A stretch of DNA of 51,082 nt, taken from a virus. Taxonomy: Duplodnaviria > Caudoviricetes. This document shows positions 1 to 9,837 of the stretch, piece by piece; position 1 is the first letter of the stretch; each line of letters starts with the position of its first letter. Location: positions 1 to 51,082 of IMG/VR virus record IMGVR_UViG_3300006182_000063; one strand, given 5' to 3'. The notes beneath the pieces are model-generated. The model searched no databases. It saw only the letters and a list, made by a program, of their open reading frames with translations, and was not told where the DNA came from. The translations under genes were made by a program, and so were the position numbers.

Positions 1-210
1 ATGCCAAACTCAGACCTACTTCCCTCCCTCCTGTCCAAGCTCTACGAAAATCAGCTGGCCCTGGAAGCCTCCATCATGGAGCTATCGAACTGGATCGAAC
101 AGCGTGGCTCAGCCGATGTGGCTGAGAACATCCGCGGCGCTTTGCACACAATCGACGAAAACGAGGAGTTCATTAAGCTGACTCTCGCAGTCCTCATGTC
201 GCCTGACTGA
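1..210 (+). CDS. Small hypothetical protein, paralog of 38272..38487
   Basis: 69 aa ORF sharing YENQLALEA.IMELS.W and N.RGA..TI.EN with the 38272 ORF. Confidence 0.8.
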   Translation: MPNSDLLPSLLSKLYENQLALEASIMELSNWIEQRGSADVAENIRGALHTIDENEEFIKLTLAVLMSPD

Positions 211-267
211 TCGACGGGTAACCCTGCAGTTCGTCGCCTCAAGCCTTCCGCCTAACCAAATCCAGAT

Positions 268-287
268 TACTGTGCACGCATACAGTA
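268..287. promoter_or_regulatory. LexA (SOS) box
   Basis: taCTGTgcacgcatACAGta matches CTGT-N8-ACAG, directly upstream of the 295 ORF. Confidence 0.85.
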
Positions 288-294
288 TTTGGAT

Positions 295-663
295 ATGACA
301 AACATGAGCATCGACTTGGACACAGAGGAATGGCTCGGGTGCCCCACGCCCCTCGAAATGTATCAGCACCAATGCGCGCTTCTGGAGGACGAACTCATCC
401 AGACCGAATCGATGTTGCGAAAGGCCCGGGCCAATGTGGCCGGCCTTGTCCAGATGAATGACTTGCTGGCTACCGGAAAGACGACAGCAGAGGCGAAGCT
501 GCGATATTTTGAAGCGGAACTAAGCCGTACGAATGTCGAGTCGTCGGAAATGGCAAAAGAGATCATGGGCTTGAAAATGATCGCAAGTCAGAACGAGCAC
601 CTATTAAGGGAGAATCAGCGGTTGCTGGTGGAGCTGACAAATCTAAAAGAGCCTTCAACCTAG
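295..663 (+). CDS. Putative SOS-inducible coiled-coil hypothetical protein
   Basis: ORF immediately after the LexA box; start uncertain (289/295/304). Confidence 0.7.
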   Translation: MTNMSIDLDTEEWLGCPTPLEMYQHQCALLEDELIQTESMLRKARANVAGLVQMNDLLATGKTTAEAKLRYFEAELSRTNVESSEMAKEIMGLKMIASQNEHLLRENQRLLVELTNLKEPST

Positions 664-864
664 CTCGTCTGCGTAAGCAGTCAAAGCTCTATCTGACAAG
701 TCGATAAAACCGGCCCCGTCAATCAGTCCATGCGACCTCAAAACGCTCGCAGCAGACATGCTCATGTCGTACCGCTCTTGAGGGGATAGAGACCCCGGCG
801 CTGTGCTATTGCTCGGCGGGGTTGATCCCTCTAATGCGTTGCCTTGCCCATTACTGATCGTCAT
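655..864 (-). CDS. Hypothetical protein
   Basis: 69 aa ORF divergent from SRAP. Confidence 0.45.
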   Translation of the reverse strand: MTISNGQGNALEGSTPPSNSTAPGSLSPQERYDMSMSAASVLRSHGLIDGAGFIDLSDRALTAYADELG

Positions 865-947
865 GACGAATGCTCTTGCCCAGTGTCTACCCTGTAGAGA
901 CTGACCGAAGCCTGTCTGTTCACCAGCCCCGACGAGCGGAGACGATC

Positions 948-1628
948 ATGTGCGGAAGATTGACGCAATACCGCGGAATCCACGACTTTGTTGCGGCGCT
1001 TAGCATGCCCAATGCCCTGGCCAATTCCGTGGGCGATCAGCCAATTGAGCGCTTTAACGTCGCGCCAACGACTCAGGTTGCACTGCTCCACCTGCAGGGC
1101 GACTTGCTGCACGCCGACCCGGTCCGTTGGGGATGGCGACCACATTGGGCGAAAGACCGCGCAGCTCCAATCAACGCGCGCGTCGAGAAGGTAGCCCACG
1201 GCCCATTCTTCCGGGCGATCTGGCCTCACCGGGCTATCACCCCCATAGACGGTTGGTTTGAATGGGTAGATGAAGGCGGACCCAAGAAGCAGCCCTACAT
1301 GATCCGTCGGCGGGATGGTGCACCAATATTCTGTGCCTCTATCGGCCAGTTACCGGATGCTGATGAAGGCCCAGGCGAGCAAGACGGCTTCGTGATCATC
1401 ACCGCCGACAGTGCCGGAGGCATGGTGGATATTCACGACCGTCGGCCAGTGGTGCTGAATCCGGAACTGGCTCGGGAATGGCTGGACCTGGCCACGCCCA
1501 AAGAGCGCGCAGAGCAGATCGTACTGCACCAGGGCGAACCTTCGGAGGTGTTCGAGTGGTTCAAGGTCGATACGGCCATAGGCAACGTGAGGAACAAAGG
1601 GCCCGAACTGATTCGCCCCCTGCGCTAA
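948..1628 (+). CDS. SOS response-associated peptidase / abasic-site protection protein (SRAP, YedK/HMCES family)
   Basis: N-terminal MCGR, RFNVAP, INARVE, GWFEW and IHDRRP motifs; GGAG RBS before ATG 948. Confidence 0.92.
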   Translation: MCGRLTQYRGIHDFVAALSMPNALANSVGDQPIERFNVAPTTQVALLHLQGDLLHADPVRWGWRPHWAKDRAAPINARVEKVAHGPFFRAIWPHRAITPIDGWFEWVDEGGPKKQPYMIRRRDGAPIFCASIGQLPDADEGPGEQDGFVIITADSAGGMVDIHDRRPVVLNPELAREWLDLATPKERAEQIVLHQGEPSEVFEWFKVDTAIGNVRNKGPELIRPLR

Positions 1629-1717
1629 GGTTGCGAGAAATACCACATCACAAACGCTACCGCAGTAACCCAGCCCAGAGTCAGCAGAAACGAAAGGCCA
1701 GCGAGCCTCTTATCCAT
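1625..1717 (-). CDS. Small single-TM protein (30 aa)
   Basis: MDKRLAGLSFLLTLGWVTAVAFVMWYFSQP read manually; below ORF-track cutoff. Confidence 0.5.
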   Translation of the reverse strand: MDKRLAGLSFLLTLGWVTAVAFVMWYFSQP

Positions 1718-1781
1718 GGCGCCCTTCAATAAACCAAATGATCGCGATACGAACCCGCTCCGAGAGAGTAGTTCATTGATC

Positions 1782-2300
1782 TCAGGGTGCAATTGCACGG
1801 ACGTACGCCTGGCATGCCCGCAGCGCGATCAGTCCCTGGTCGCCTGCGTCGGTGATCCCGATAATTCTTTGAGCATGCGCTGGGTCAAGTTGGGCTCGAC
1901 GGGCTGCATGAACCACGCCGACGGCGCTGGGGGTGGCAGGCACGCTGCAGCCAATGGCTGAATCCGTGGCGTCGAGAAGGACTGACAGCCGCACATCAGC
2001 AGTGGCAAGGCGATCGCGCAGAAGAGCCTGCTTGCGTTGTTCATTGGAAAGCTCCAGGGAGTGTTGTTGGTCGGCAGCGCTCGCTCTCTGCTCGATGGCC
2101 AAGCGCTTATCTTGCTCGGCATTTTGCTGGCGCCATGCCTCGCTGGTGATGGCATCAAGGGCTTTCTGGTGCGCCGCGCTCTGCTTCGCGAGCTTCTCGT
2201 CCATCCGCAAGTCTTGTATCTGCCAGGTGGCGCCGGCGGCGGCGGCCATCAGCACCAGGATCAGCACCAACAGACCAGCCAGCTTCTGCACCGGCGTCAT
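1782..2300 (-). CDS. Rz-like i-spanin
   Basis: N-terminal TM, coiled coil, C-terminal LRACQAYV; follows the putative endolysin. Confidence 0.85.
   Translation of the reverse strand: MTPVQKLAGLLVLILVLMAAAAGATWQIQDLRMDEKLAKQSAAHQKALDAITSEAWRQQNAEQDKRLAIEQRASAADQQHSLELSNEQRKQALLRDRLATADVRLSVLLDATDSAIGCSVPATPSAVGVVHAARRAQLDPAHAQRIIGITDAGDQGLIALRACQAYVRAIAP
1829..2044 (-). CDS. Rz1-like o-spanin lipoprotein embedded in Rz
   Basis: MNNASRLFCAIALPLLMCGC lipobox-like signal, Pro-rich CLPPPAPSAW, nested in an alternate frame. Confidence 0.75.
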   Translation of the reverse strand: MNNASRLFCAIALPLLMCGCQSFSTPRIQPLAAACLPPPAPSAWFMQPVEPNLTQRMLKELSGSPTQATRD

Positions 2301-2722
2301 GTCAGCGCCCTCCGCAAGCCTTCGGCCAGCACCGCCTCTGGGTAGGCATACCCAGCATTCTCATGATGAATGATCGCCTTTACGAAGCCAGCCATCACCG
2401 CCGGCTGGGTCAGGTCAACCTCAGCACCTGGCCGGGTTCCGGTGTTCGCCTCGACGGCGCGCACGTAGGCGTCGGTGTCGTTCTCCGCCGACGGGGCCCA
2501 CCGGCTTATGATCGCCTTCACTGTCTTCAAGCCGTGCTTGCGCTGGTAGGTCAGCAGCAATTTCCCCAGGGCACGGATGCCGTTCTCCGCCGTATCGAAC
2601 CGAGCAAAGCGCTTCTCGGCGGCAGGATCTGGCTTGAGCTGGCCCTGCCATTGATTGGCCGGGTTGTAGTCGATGTTGCCGGGGTTTCGGTTGCGCACCC
2701 CGCGGGTTTCGGCATTTGGCAT
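2297..2722 (-). CDS. Putative endolysin (lysozyme-like RG.RN.NPGNI family, often labelled 'structural protein P5')
   Basis: RGVRNRNPGNI, RWAP..ENDT..Y and HEN motifs; directly upstream of a spanin pair. Confidence 0.7.
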   Translation of the reverse strand: MPNAETRGVRNRNPGNIDYNPANQWQGQLKPDPAAEKRFARFDTAENGIRALGKLLLTYQRKHGLKTVKAIISRWAPSAENDTDAYVRAVEANTGTRPGAEVDLTQPAVMAGFVKAIIHHENAGYAYPEAVLAEGLRRALT

Positions 2723-2737
2723 ACTTTTCTCCAGACG

Positions 2738-2762
2738 AAAAAAAACCGCTCAAGGCGGCCGG
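2738..2762 (-). terminator. Intrinsic terminator
   Basis: CCGCCTTGAGCGG stem-loop followed by a T run on the minus strand. Confidence 0.6.
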
Positions 2763-2778
2763 TGTGTTCTTTACCGGT

Positions 2779-3156
2779 TCAGGCTGGCTGAACTGGTCGC
2801 TTGCTCATGTCGGGGAAGTCGGGGTTGTCCGCTGTCCACTTGCGCAGGGCGCGCCAGTACAGCTTCCAGTCTTCTATGGACCCAAGGATGCCTTCCTCGC
2901 CAAAGTCGATTGCTGTAACCGTCTGCTGGGCGATCGGCATTTGTTCTTCACGCCAGGCATTTTCCACCACGCTCAGCTTAGCGATCAGGGTTTCCTGGGT
3001 AATTGCCCAGGTGCCATCGGCTTGGGCCGTGTAGTCCATGCTGTTATCGCCTTGTGGCCGCTCCCCTTCCATCTCGATCCAGCCTTCATCGGGGCCTTTG
3101 TCTGTCTCGTCACCCTCGAAGAAGTTCGAGCCCACCACTGCATAAAATCGGATCAT
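2779..3156 (-). CDS. Tail fibre assembly/chaperone protein
   Basis: Follows the fibre gene; ENAWR and W..Y..ALR.W...PDFP...RP C-terminal motif. Confidence 0.75.
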   Translation of the reverse strand: MIRFYAVVGSNFFEGDETDKGPDEGWIEMEGERPQGDNSMDYTAQADGTWAITQETLIAKLSVVENAWREEQMPIAQQTVTAIDFGEEGILGSIEDWKLYWRALRKWTADNPDFPDMSKRPVQPA

Positions 3157-4652
3157 CAGATGGCCCCCTTAAGTTTCCAGACCTTTACGCGCACTGGCGC
3201 TGTGGTCAGCACTGCGCCGCTATAACCGTGACCGCCACCTGCTGAAGCACTGGGCAATGCAACCCCGCTCGCACCAGCCTGGCAGATGATCTTGTCTGTC
3301 GGCAGGATCTGCTGTGCATAGGCGCCGTATGATGCGCCGCCGGTGCCTGCGTTGCCGTCAAGCCTTGGCTCTGACCAAATACCACCGATGAGAATTTCCA
3401 GCACCGTGATTACATGGAACCCTGGAAACGGGTTGTCGGACGTGAATCTCGACGCCGTAACGATGTTCCCAGGCGCTGCGGCGGTACCGCCATTGGGATA
3501 GATGATTGCGAAATCCGCTACCGAGGAATCCAGCTTCGAAGAAATCTGCGCGCCCATCGATGTAAGCTGTGCGCTTAGGCTTCCGCCCGTATACAGGTTA
3601 GAAGTAATGTCGCCCGTAGAGCTGATCGACCTGCCGGCGCTGAGCGTGATGCCGGCGCCGGTCACAAGAACGCCAGCCTTCGTGATCGTAACTATCGGCC
3701 CTGCGCCAGACTGCCCATAACCTGCTGAAAAATTGATGTTGCCTGATGGCTCACAGTAAATAACCCCGCGCGTGGCGGTGCTACCAGACTCATTGAACCA
3801 AAGGTGAGAGTTTCCTCCGGCAGCGCCGGCCCTGATGTAGACGTTACCTCCGCTGACAATAACGTTCGCGCCAAACTGAGCAGAGCCGGCAGCATCCAAC
3901 AGCAACCGCACAATCCCTCGGGCGTCGTCGATTATTCGGACACTGCTGTCGGTAGCATGGGTGAGTCGAACCATTGCCGTTGAGTTGGGATCAGTGATCC
4001 CCTCCCTGCGCAGGAGAACGCCGCCAGCACCGCCAACCTGAAGGGCATCTTTGAAGCGCGGCACACCTGCGGATACAGAGTCAACGGTCGCCAGGAAAAG
4101 GTTCGCATTTCCCAGCTTGTCAGCCTCGGTCTTCGCCCGATCGGCTTGTGTCAGCGCATTGGACGCAGAGGTAGCCGCATTGGTCTCAGATTGTGCCGCC
4201 GCGTTCCTGGATGCCGTTGCAGACGTCGCGGCACCGCTGGCAGTCGTCGCCGAGGTAGCAGCATTGGTTTCCGATGTTTTGGACTTCGTCTCGGATGTCT
4301 TGGCGTTGGTTTCTGAAACCTTCGCCGCGGCGGCCGAGGCCTGTGCATTGGCCACTTCCTGATCCAAATCTTTGAACTGATCAGTGATGGCGCGCAGTCG
4401 ATCCGCTGACTCTTTGACGTAGCCTTGCATCGGAGCAATGGTGTACACACCCGCAGCAGCTGTAGCCCCCTGGTAGTTCGGGGCGATGGAAATCGCCGTA
4501 TTGCTCGCGATGTTGGTGATCTCGTACCACAAGCCGTCCGGGCCACGGAAAGCATCCCCAACGCGAGCGTTTGCAATAAAAGCCGTGCCGGTGCCAATTA
4601 CTGCGTTGTTATTGAAAGTAACGGCAACAGTTCCTGTTTTGTACCAGGCCAT
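3156..4652 (-). CDS. Tail fibre protein
   Basis: MAWYKTGTV...GTGT N-terminus, SETNA repeats, Gly-rich C-terminus. Confidence 0.85.
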   Translation of the reverse strand: MAWYKTGTVAVTFNNNAVIGTGTAFIANARVGDAFRGPDGLWYEITNIASNTAISIAPNYQGATAAAGVYTIAPMQGYVKESADRLRAITDQFKDLDQEVANAQASAAAAKVSETNAKTSETKSKTSETNAATSATTASGAATSATASRNAAAQSETNAATSASNALTQADRAKTEADKLGNANLFLATVDSVSAGVPRFKDALQVGGAGGVLLRREGITDPNSTAMVRLTHATDSSVRIIDDARGIVRLLLDAAGSAQFGANVIVSGGNVYIRAGAAGGNSHLWFNESGSTATRGVIYCEPSGNINFSAGYGQSGAGPIVTITKAGVLVTGAGITLSAGRSISSTGDITSNLYTGGSLSAQLTSMGAQISSKLDSSVADFAIIYPNGGTAAAPGNIVTASRFTSDNPFPGFHVITVLEILIGGIWSEPRLDGNAGTGGASYGAYAQQILPTDKIICQAGASGVALPSASAGGGHGYSGAVLTTAPVRVKVWKLKGAI

Positions 4653-4661
4653 TTAAGCCTC

Positions 4662-5297
4662 CTAAGAAATCGGCTTTGCAAACATTAGCGGGAGAAAGAA
4701 ACTTGAACCGTTGAAGTCGCCAATGTTTTGCAGCTGCGCAACTATTCGGCTGTTTGCATAATCCCAATAACAAGAAAGCAGCGAGAACGTATCCCCGCCT
4801 GGGATATTCATCGCTATGTTATTAATCAGCATGTAGTTCCCTGTATTTAAGGGAACACTCGCATAGAAGGTATATATCCAACGCCCTACAGAGGGATTTG
4901 CTGCGCCACCATAAGCCCAGCCGGTAACGACGTCTGTGAACTGAGCACAAGGCGTTCCATTATCGAATAGTTGTTTTGCTCCTCCATCCCATAACCTGAG
5001 TCCATATTGTGCGGTTGGAGTGGACTCATAGGCAGCAACAAAAAACGAGCCAGAGCCACCGCTCGCCCCGTTGATGAAGCCCGTCCAATTGCCGGGGGAG
5101 CCCTTCAGGCTTACCCATTGAAAGCCCCCAGTTGAGGGCCTGACAAAAATTAACGGCGGTTCTTGCGACGTGACGACCGATGGAAAGTCACCGCCAGACG
5201 GCCCATAGATCCCTTTGTGTATAACAACCAGCCGCGCAAACTCAGAGTCAAGCGTCACAACATCTGAATTATTCGTAAAAGTTAGCCCATAGGACAT
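4662..5297 (-). CDS. Tail tip-associated protein
   Basis: MSYGL and YGLRLWD motifs; lies between J and the fibre. Confidence 0.65.
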   Translation of the reverse strand: MSYGLTFTNNSDVVTLDSEFARLVVIHKGIYGPSGGDFPSVVTSQEPPLIFVRPSTGGFQWVSLKGSPGNWTGFINGASGGSGSFFVAAYESTPTAQYGLRLWDGGAKQLFDNGTPCAQFTDVVTGWAYGGAANPSVGRWIYTFYASVPLNTGNYMLINNIAMNIPGGDTFSLLSCYWDYANSRIVAQLQNIGDFNGSSFFLPLMFAKPIS

Positions 5298-5629
5298 TAT
5301 CTATACCTGAATACTAGAAGTCGCTGAACTGATACCCCTATCCGGCCGGTTGGCATATTTCTATTTCTAAACCAAACTTGCACACCACCCGTAAGCATCT
5401 GCACATCGAACTGAGACAAACTTGCGTCTTGGCCGGACGGGTCCCCTGAGTACTGCCCATTAGGCAAACATATACCGATGTGAGTAGAGGGATTCACGCC
5501 AGGTATGGAAACAAAGGTACTCACGCCCGCCGTGCCAATGAGGGCTGAATAAACAACCCTCACGGTGAATGAGTTCTCATCCAATTCAAGGAGGCCCGTA
5601 GGCCCCCATATTCTGATTCCTCCGATCAT
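5297..5629 (-). CDS. Tail tip-associated protein
   Basis: GIRIWG motif; coupled to the J stop codon. Confidence 0.6.
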   Translation of the reverse strand: MIGGIRIWGPTGLLELDENSFTVRVVYSALIGTAGVSTFVSIPGVNPSTHIGICLPNGQYSGDPSGQDASLSQFDVQMLTGGVQVWFRNRNMPTGRIGVSVQRLLVFRYR

Positions 5630-8600
5630 GCTGTCAGATCCCCTAGCTGCACCCGCTTGACGTTGTTTTCGTCGTACACCTTGATTGCACGATTGGTCAT
5701 CGTCAGGCGACCACCACCAGGCGCCGGGCCGTTAAACTCCAGGTTTCCAGCTTTATCGAGGCGCCATCCTTGAACACCGGCGACATAGTTGTCGGACTGC
5801 AGCGCCTCTCCGATCTTCAGCATGGTGATGCTGCCGTCCTGGATGAACGCCGACCGCATGAAGACCTGGCCGTTTTGCACCGTGAACGGCGACGAAAGCA
5901 CCCCGTTGATGTTGTTCACCACGGCGAACCTGTCAGCGCTCACCAAGAACTGGCTCTGCAACTGACCATCCACGTTCTCGATGCCAAGCCCGATACCTGC
6001 CGCAACGTACTGCCCGTTTTGGTTGAGCTGCATCTTCACCGACCACATGGTGGAGAGCTTGCCATCGGTGCTTGCCTGGGCCTGGCTTACGGTCTGGATG
6101 CTTGCCGAGTTTTCCCCGATCTTCACCCCGATCTGCTGAATAGCCAGGGCCGTGGCCTGACGGTCGGTGACCACGACGCTTTCGAGCTCGGTCACAGCTC
6201 CACTGACATCGCCCACGTCGGCGGCCAACTCAGTCGTACGCTGCACCATTGCCGCGTTCTTGGTGGCCTGCGTTTTCACCTCCTCCGCAAAGCTGGCCTT
6301 GGCGTTAAAGCCCTGGATCGCATCCGCAAGCTCGCCCTCGCCGTTGTCATCCCTGTACGCCGCCTGTAAAACCTGAAGGGTCGACGCCGAAGCCGTCACC
6401 ACACCGTCAAGCTTGGTGATATCGGTGGTGTTGGTGGAGACCTGCTGAGCCAGGCCGTTCGCCGTCTCTACCGACTGGCCAACATCGAGCCAGTAGGTAG
6501 TGTTCGGCGGCGGCTTGTTGACCGGCACAGCCTGGGCGGCCTGGTAGATTCGACTGCCCTCTACAACCATCTGCCCTTTGAGGTAGGTGGCATCCTTGTT
6601 GTAGGCCTTCAACCCACCCAGAGCGGTGATCTGATCCTGCAGTCCCGGGATCTTGTCGATCTGGTTCACGATGTCCTGACCAAGCTCGGTCCGGCCAATC
6701 TTGCCGGCGACTAGGTCGAGAACCGGTCCAGCATCGGAGCTGGCCCTGCCCATCACTCCATTACCAACCGGATAGAACGGCCCGATATTGCCAGTACGGT
6801 CCACAAGGCGAGCCCAGAAGAACAACGTCGCCCCCCCCAGCAGTTGCTGCATCCGGTAGTCGGCCTGCGGATACGCCAGGTCGGCCAGCTTGGAGGCTGC
6901 CGCCAGGTTGTTGGCCGTGCCGTACCACAGTTCGGTGCGTTGGGTATCCTCGGCGCCGGCGGGGAAGCCCCATTTGATGCCGATGCCGAACAGTTCGCTT
7001 GTGGTGGTCAAGAACGCCACCGCCGGCGGCAGGCCGACCTTACCTGTCAGCGCGACCTCTGGACTGGTTCCCCAGATCGAGGTCACGTCCATTGCATTGA
7101 CGGAACTGACGCGAGCGACATAGCGCCCGCTGTAGATGCCCTCCACGTCTGCCCCAAGATTGCCGGTACGCGGCAACCGCACCCAGTTGCCACTGTCCTT
7201 GCGCCATTCCACGTTGTAAGCGATGGCGCCAGGCACTGAATCCCAAGTGATCCGCAGGCCAGTAACCGCAATCCCTTGGGAAACGACGCTGCGAGACTCA
7301 AGCGTGATGTTTTCCGGCGGAGACATGACCCCTGGCGGTATTACGCTCGTAGGTTGAGGGTCGATCCGAGCGCCGGTGTCGATCGCCTGGTACTTCATGG
7401 GCTCATGCTGCGTTGCAGCAATCTTGAACTGATGCAAGCCTTGCGGCTCGATAGTCTGAACACGGAATCGCATCACAGCCAGGTCAGCGCTTTCCACGGA
7501 CCAACTGCACTCAGGCTCAGGCAACTCTGAATAGTCGGCCATCACGGTAACCAGGCGGCCCGATACCGATTTTACGATTCGCCCCTCAGACTTACCGCTC
7601 GGCAAATTGAGGATCAATCGATCCTCCTCATGCACCTCGGCATCAATGTCCAAAGTGATCACGCGCTTGGTCGCAGCGCTGATGCGCCCGCCATTCGCGC
7701 GACCGGAGAACAGTTCGTCAGCCACGCAGATGATCTGCCCGGGCTCAACGTTGCGACCCTCCATGCCAGTGGTGAAGCTGACCGACCACTCCTCGTACTG
7801 CTCAGACTTGAGCGCCCAGATACCGTGACGAATAGCCTCGCCCTCAACAGTGCAGGCGAACCGAGAGATATCGAGCATGCGGTGTCCGAGCACGCCGATT
7901 AGATCGTCGTTGGTAACTGGCGCAGGCTGGGTCTTGAACTCGTTTTCCGGATTATCCCAGGCAACCTTGGCGCGGGTGTGTCGATCGGGAAATGCAGCGG
8001 CGACGTATTCAAACTCCCCGACAATGTTCGATCGGGTGAAGACGTAACCATCCTCATTGCCAGGGATGTCTGCCACCATCGTGACCTGCGAACCATTCCA
8101 GCAACTGCTGCCACGGAAGACGCTGGCCAGATCGGATAGTAGCGCGTAGCCCTCAATCGAATCCTGGATGTAGACATTGGTGGTCATGCGCGGCTGTAGG
8201 CCACCCTTCCCGTCCGGCACCATCACATCGCAGTAGCGGCCAATCTCGTACAGCGTCCAGTGGTCGACCATGTCGGCGGTGATGCGGCGACCAAGGCCGT
8301 AACGGCGGTGCAGCAGAAGATCGCGCCAGATCCAGACCGGGTTGTTGGTGTAGGCCAGCTTGAAGGTGCCGTTCCAATCGCCTGTGTAGGTGCGCGTCTG
8401 CGGGTCGTAGTTCGTCGGCACCTGCACGATTCGGCCGCGCATCAGGCCGGCGAACTTCGGCGTGTCCTGGAACTGCTTGGCGTCGAATCGCAGACCGCCC
8501 AGCGCAAGGTTCGGGTAGCGGAGCTTTTTGTCGATGACTTCCGTCAGCCCCTTAATGCGCATCAGGTCCGCGAAGTTGGAGTCGTTGCGGTTTGGGGTCA

Positions 8601-9231
8601 GACGACGCACGCGCACTAGCGCGCTGGTGAAGCCCTCTGGCAGATCAATCCGGTGGGTGCGCTCGTACTCGGTGGTGCCTTTGTCATTCAGAGTGGCCGA
8701 AAGAACAGTTTGGTAGCTCCCGCCGTCGACTGACAGGTCAATGGCGTAGTCGATGCGGTATCCGATCTGGTCACCGTTGGTTTTGACCTGCCAGATTTGC
8801 GGCCACGACAAGCGGATCCGCACAGCAGACAACTGCTGGTCGGTGATCGCACGCGTCCAGGCGTTGTCAGACTTCAACTCAACCGGCAGGCCCTGGGACG
8901 CCTCATTTTCGATGGCAGGAAAGCCCGCAATATGCTCCTGGTCAACGGTGCCAGATCGAAAATCCCAGATAGTGCCAGGGAAGTTTTCACTGCCGTCAGG
9001 CGAGATCAGCGGCGTGCCGTTCAGCTTGATCGACCGCAGTCCATCAACCGGACCGACAATTGGCCCCTCACTCAACGCGTAGAGCAGCTTTACTGTGGCG
9101 ACTGACAGCGCGCTATCTGGAGCCTTGTATGGCGTATAGGGCTTAGTCTCGCCGCCCTTGGAACCTAAAACGCAGGCAGCAGCAGGCCGGCGCCGGTGCT
9201 TTGCAGCAGGCGCTGTTGCGGTTTTGGACAT
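5626..9231 (-). CDS. Host-specificity / tip attachment protein J
   Basis: 1201 aa; LSEGPI.G, YTNNP.W, FN3-like segments, C-terminal AGIGLG..SQFLV.ADRF. Confidence 0.92.
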   Translation of the reverse strand: MSKTATAPAAKHRRRPAAACVLGSKGGETKPYTPYKAPDSALSVATVKLLYALSEGPIVGPVDGLRSIKLNGTPLISPDGSENFPGTIWDFRSGTVDQEHIAGFPAIENEASQGLPVELKSDNAWTRAITDQQLSAVRIRLSWPQIWQVKTNGDQIGYRIDYAIDLSVDGGSYQTVLSATLNDKGTTEYERTHRIDLPEGFTSALVRVRRLTPNRNDSNFADLMRIKGLTEVIDKKLRYPNLALGGLRFDAKQFQDTPKFAGLMRGRIVQVPTNYDPQTRTYTGDWNGTFKLAYTNNPVWIWRDLLLHRRYGLGRRITADMVDHWTLYEIGRYCDVMVPDGKGGLQPRMTTNVYIQDSIEGYALLSDLASVFRGSSCWNGSQVTMVADIPGNEDGYVFTRSNIVGEFEYVAAAFPDRHTRAKVAWDNPENEFKTQPAPVTNDDLIGVLGHRMLDISRFACTVEGEAIRHGIWALKSEQYEEWSVSFTTGMEGRNVEPGQIICVADELFSGRANGGRISAATKRVITLDIDAEVHEEDRLILNLPSGKSEGRIVKSVSGRLVTVMADYSELPEPECSWSVESADLAVMRFRVQTIEPQGLHQFKIAATQHEPMKYQAIDTGARIDPQPTSVIPPGVMSPPENITLESRSVVSQGIAVTGLRITWDSVPGAIAYNVEWRKDSGNWVRLPRTGNLGADVEGIYSGRYVARVSSVNAMDVTSIWGTSPEVALTGKVGLPPAVAFLTTTSELFGIGIKWGFPAGAEDTQRTELWYGTANNLAAASKLADLAYPQADYRMQQLLGGATLFFWARLVDRTGNIGPFYPVGNGVMGRASSDAGPVLDLVAGKIGRTELGQDIVNQIDKIPGLQDQITALGGLKAYNKDATYLKGQMVVEGSRIYQAAQAVPVNKPPPNTTYWLDVGQSVETANGLAQQVSTNTTDITKLDGVVTASASTLQVLQAAYRDDNGEGELADAIQGFNAKASFAEEVKTQATKNAAMVQRTTELAADVGDVSGAVTELESVVVTDRQATALAIQQIGVKIGENSASIQTVSQAQASTDGKLSTMWSVKMQLNQNGQYVAAGIGLGIENVDGQLQSQFLVSADRFAVVNNINGVLSSPFTVQNGQVFMRSAFIQDGSITMLKIGEALQSDNYVAGVQGWRLDKAGNLEFNGPAPGGGRLTMTNRAIKVYDENNVKRVQLGDLTA

Positions 9232-9240
9232 GGGTTTTCC

Positions 9241-9837
9241 TTACTGCTGATCTTCCGAGAAGACGCCAGCCGATATGAGGGCGCCGCCGATATCGCGCTC
9301 GCCGTAGAGCAATGGTTTGCATCGGCCCTGCGCCATCGTGGTAACCGCGCCGCCGAACGCATAGGACGGCCTGTTGCCGTCACCCTCTTTGTCGAGCACG
9401 CCCGCCGGTGACGGGGACATACTCATGGCGATGCCGCCGATCATCAGGCCAGCGCCAGCTGCTACCAGGTAGTACTGCTGAGTAAACGCACCGATCACCA
9501 CCAGCGCGAGACCGGCGATCGTGGCGAAAAGGCCACCACCCTTGCTTCCGATGACGATTGGCGCAATGCGGATGGGATCAACCGTGTCCTGGCGCATCTC
9601 AATCTCGGTGTCACTCAGGTTCTTCTTCCCGCGGAACACCGCATAAGTCAGACCGCGCTCTTCCGAAAATCGCAAGAACCGCCTAAATCCTGGAATTTTC
9701 ACGCACAGAGCGTGAATCGCCTCGGCGCATGAGGCTACCGCCAAGTGATGAACGCGCCCAAACCTCGCGCCAAGCACGCCGTAAAGCATCACCAGCACCA
9801 CCAAGGGCTGCGGTTGAACCGCTGTTCTCATCGCCAT
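9241..9837 (-). CDS. Tail assembly protein I
   Basis: LYG.LG..FG, Gly-rich hydrophobic segment, PLLYGE..IGG.LIS. Confidence 0.9.
   Translation of the reverse strand: MAMRTAVQPQPLVVLVMLYGVLGARFGRVHHLAVASCAEAIHALCVKIPGFRRFLRFSEERGLTYAVFRGKKNLSDTEIEMRQDTVDPIRIAPIVIGSKGGGLFATIAGLALVVIGAFTQQYYLVAAGAGLMIGGIAMSMSPSPAGVLDKEGDGNRPSYAFGGAVTTMAQGRCKPLLYGERDIGGALISAGVFSEDQQ

Noticed and set aside
4140-4350. Repeats in the tail fibre as a possible DGR or invertible segment
   Set aside because: Ordinary SETNA coiled-coil repeats; no reverse transcriptase, invertase or TR/VR pair seen.
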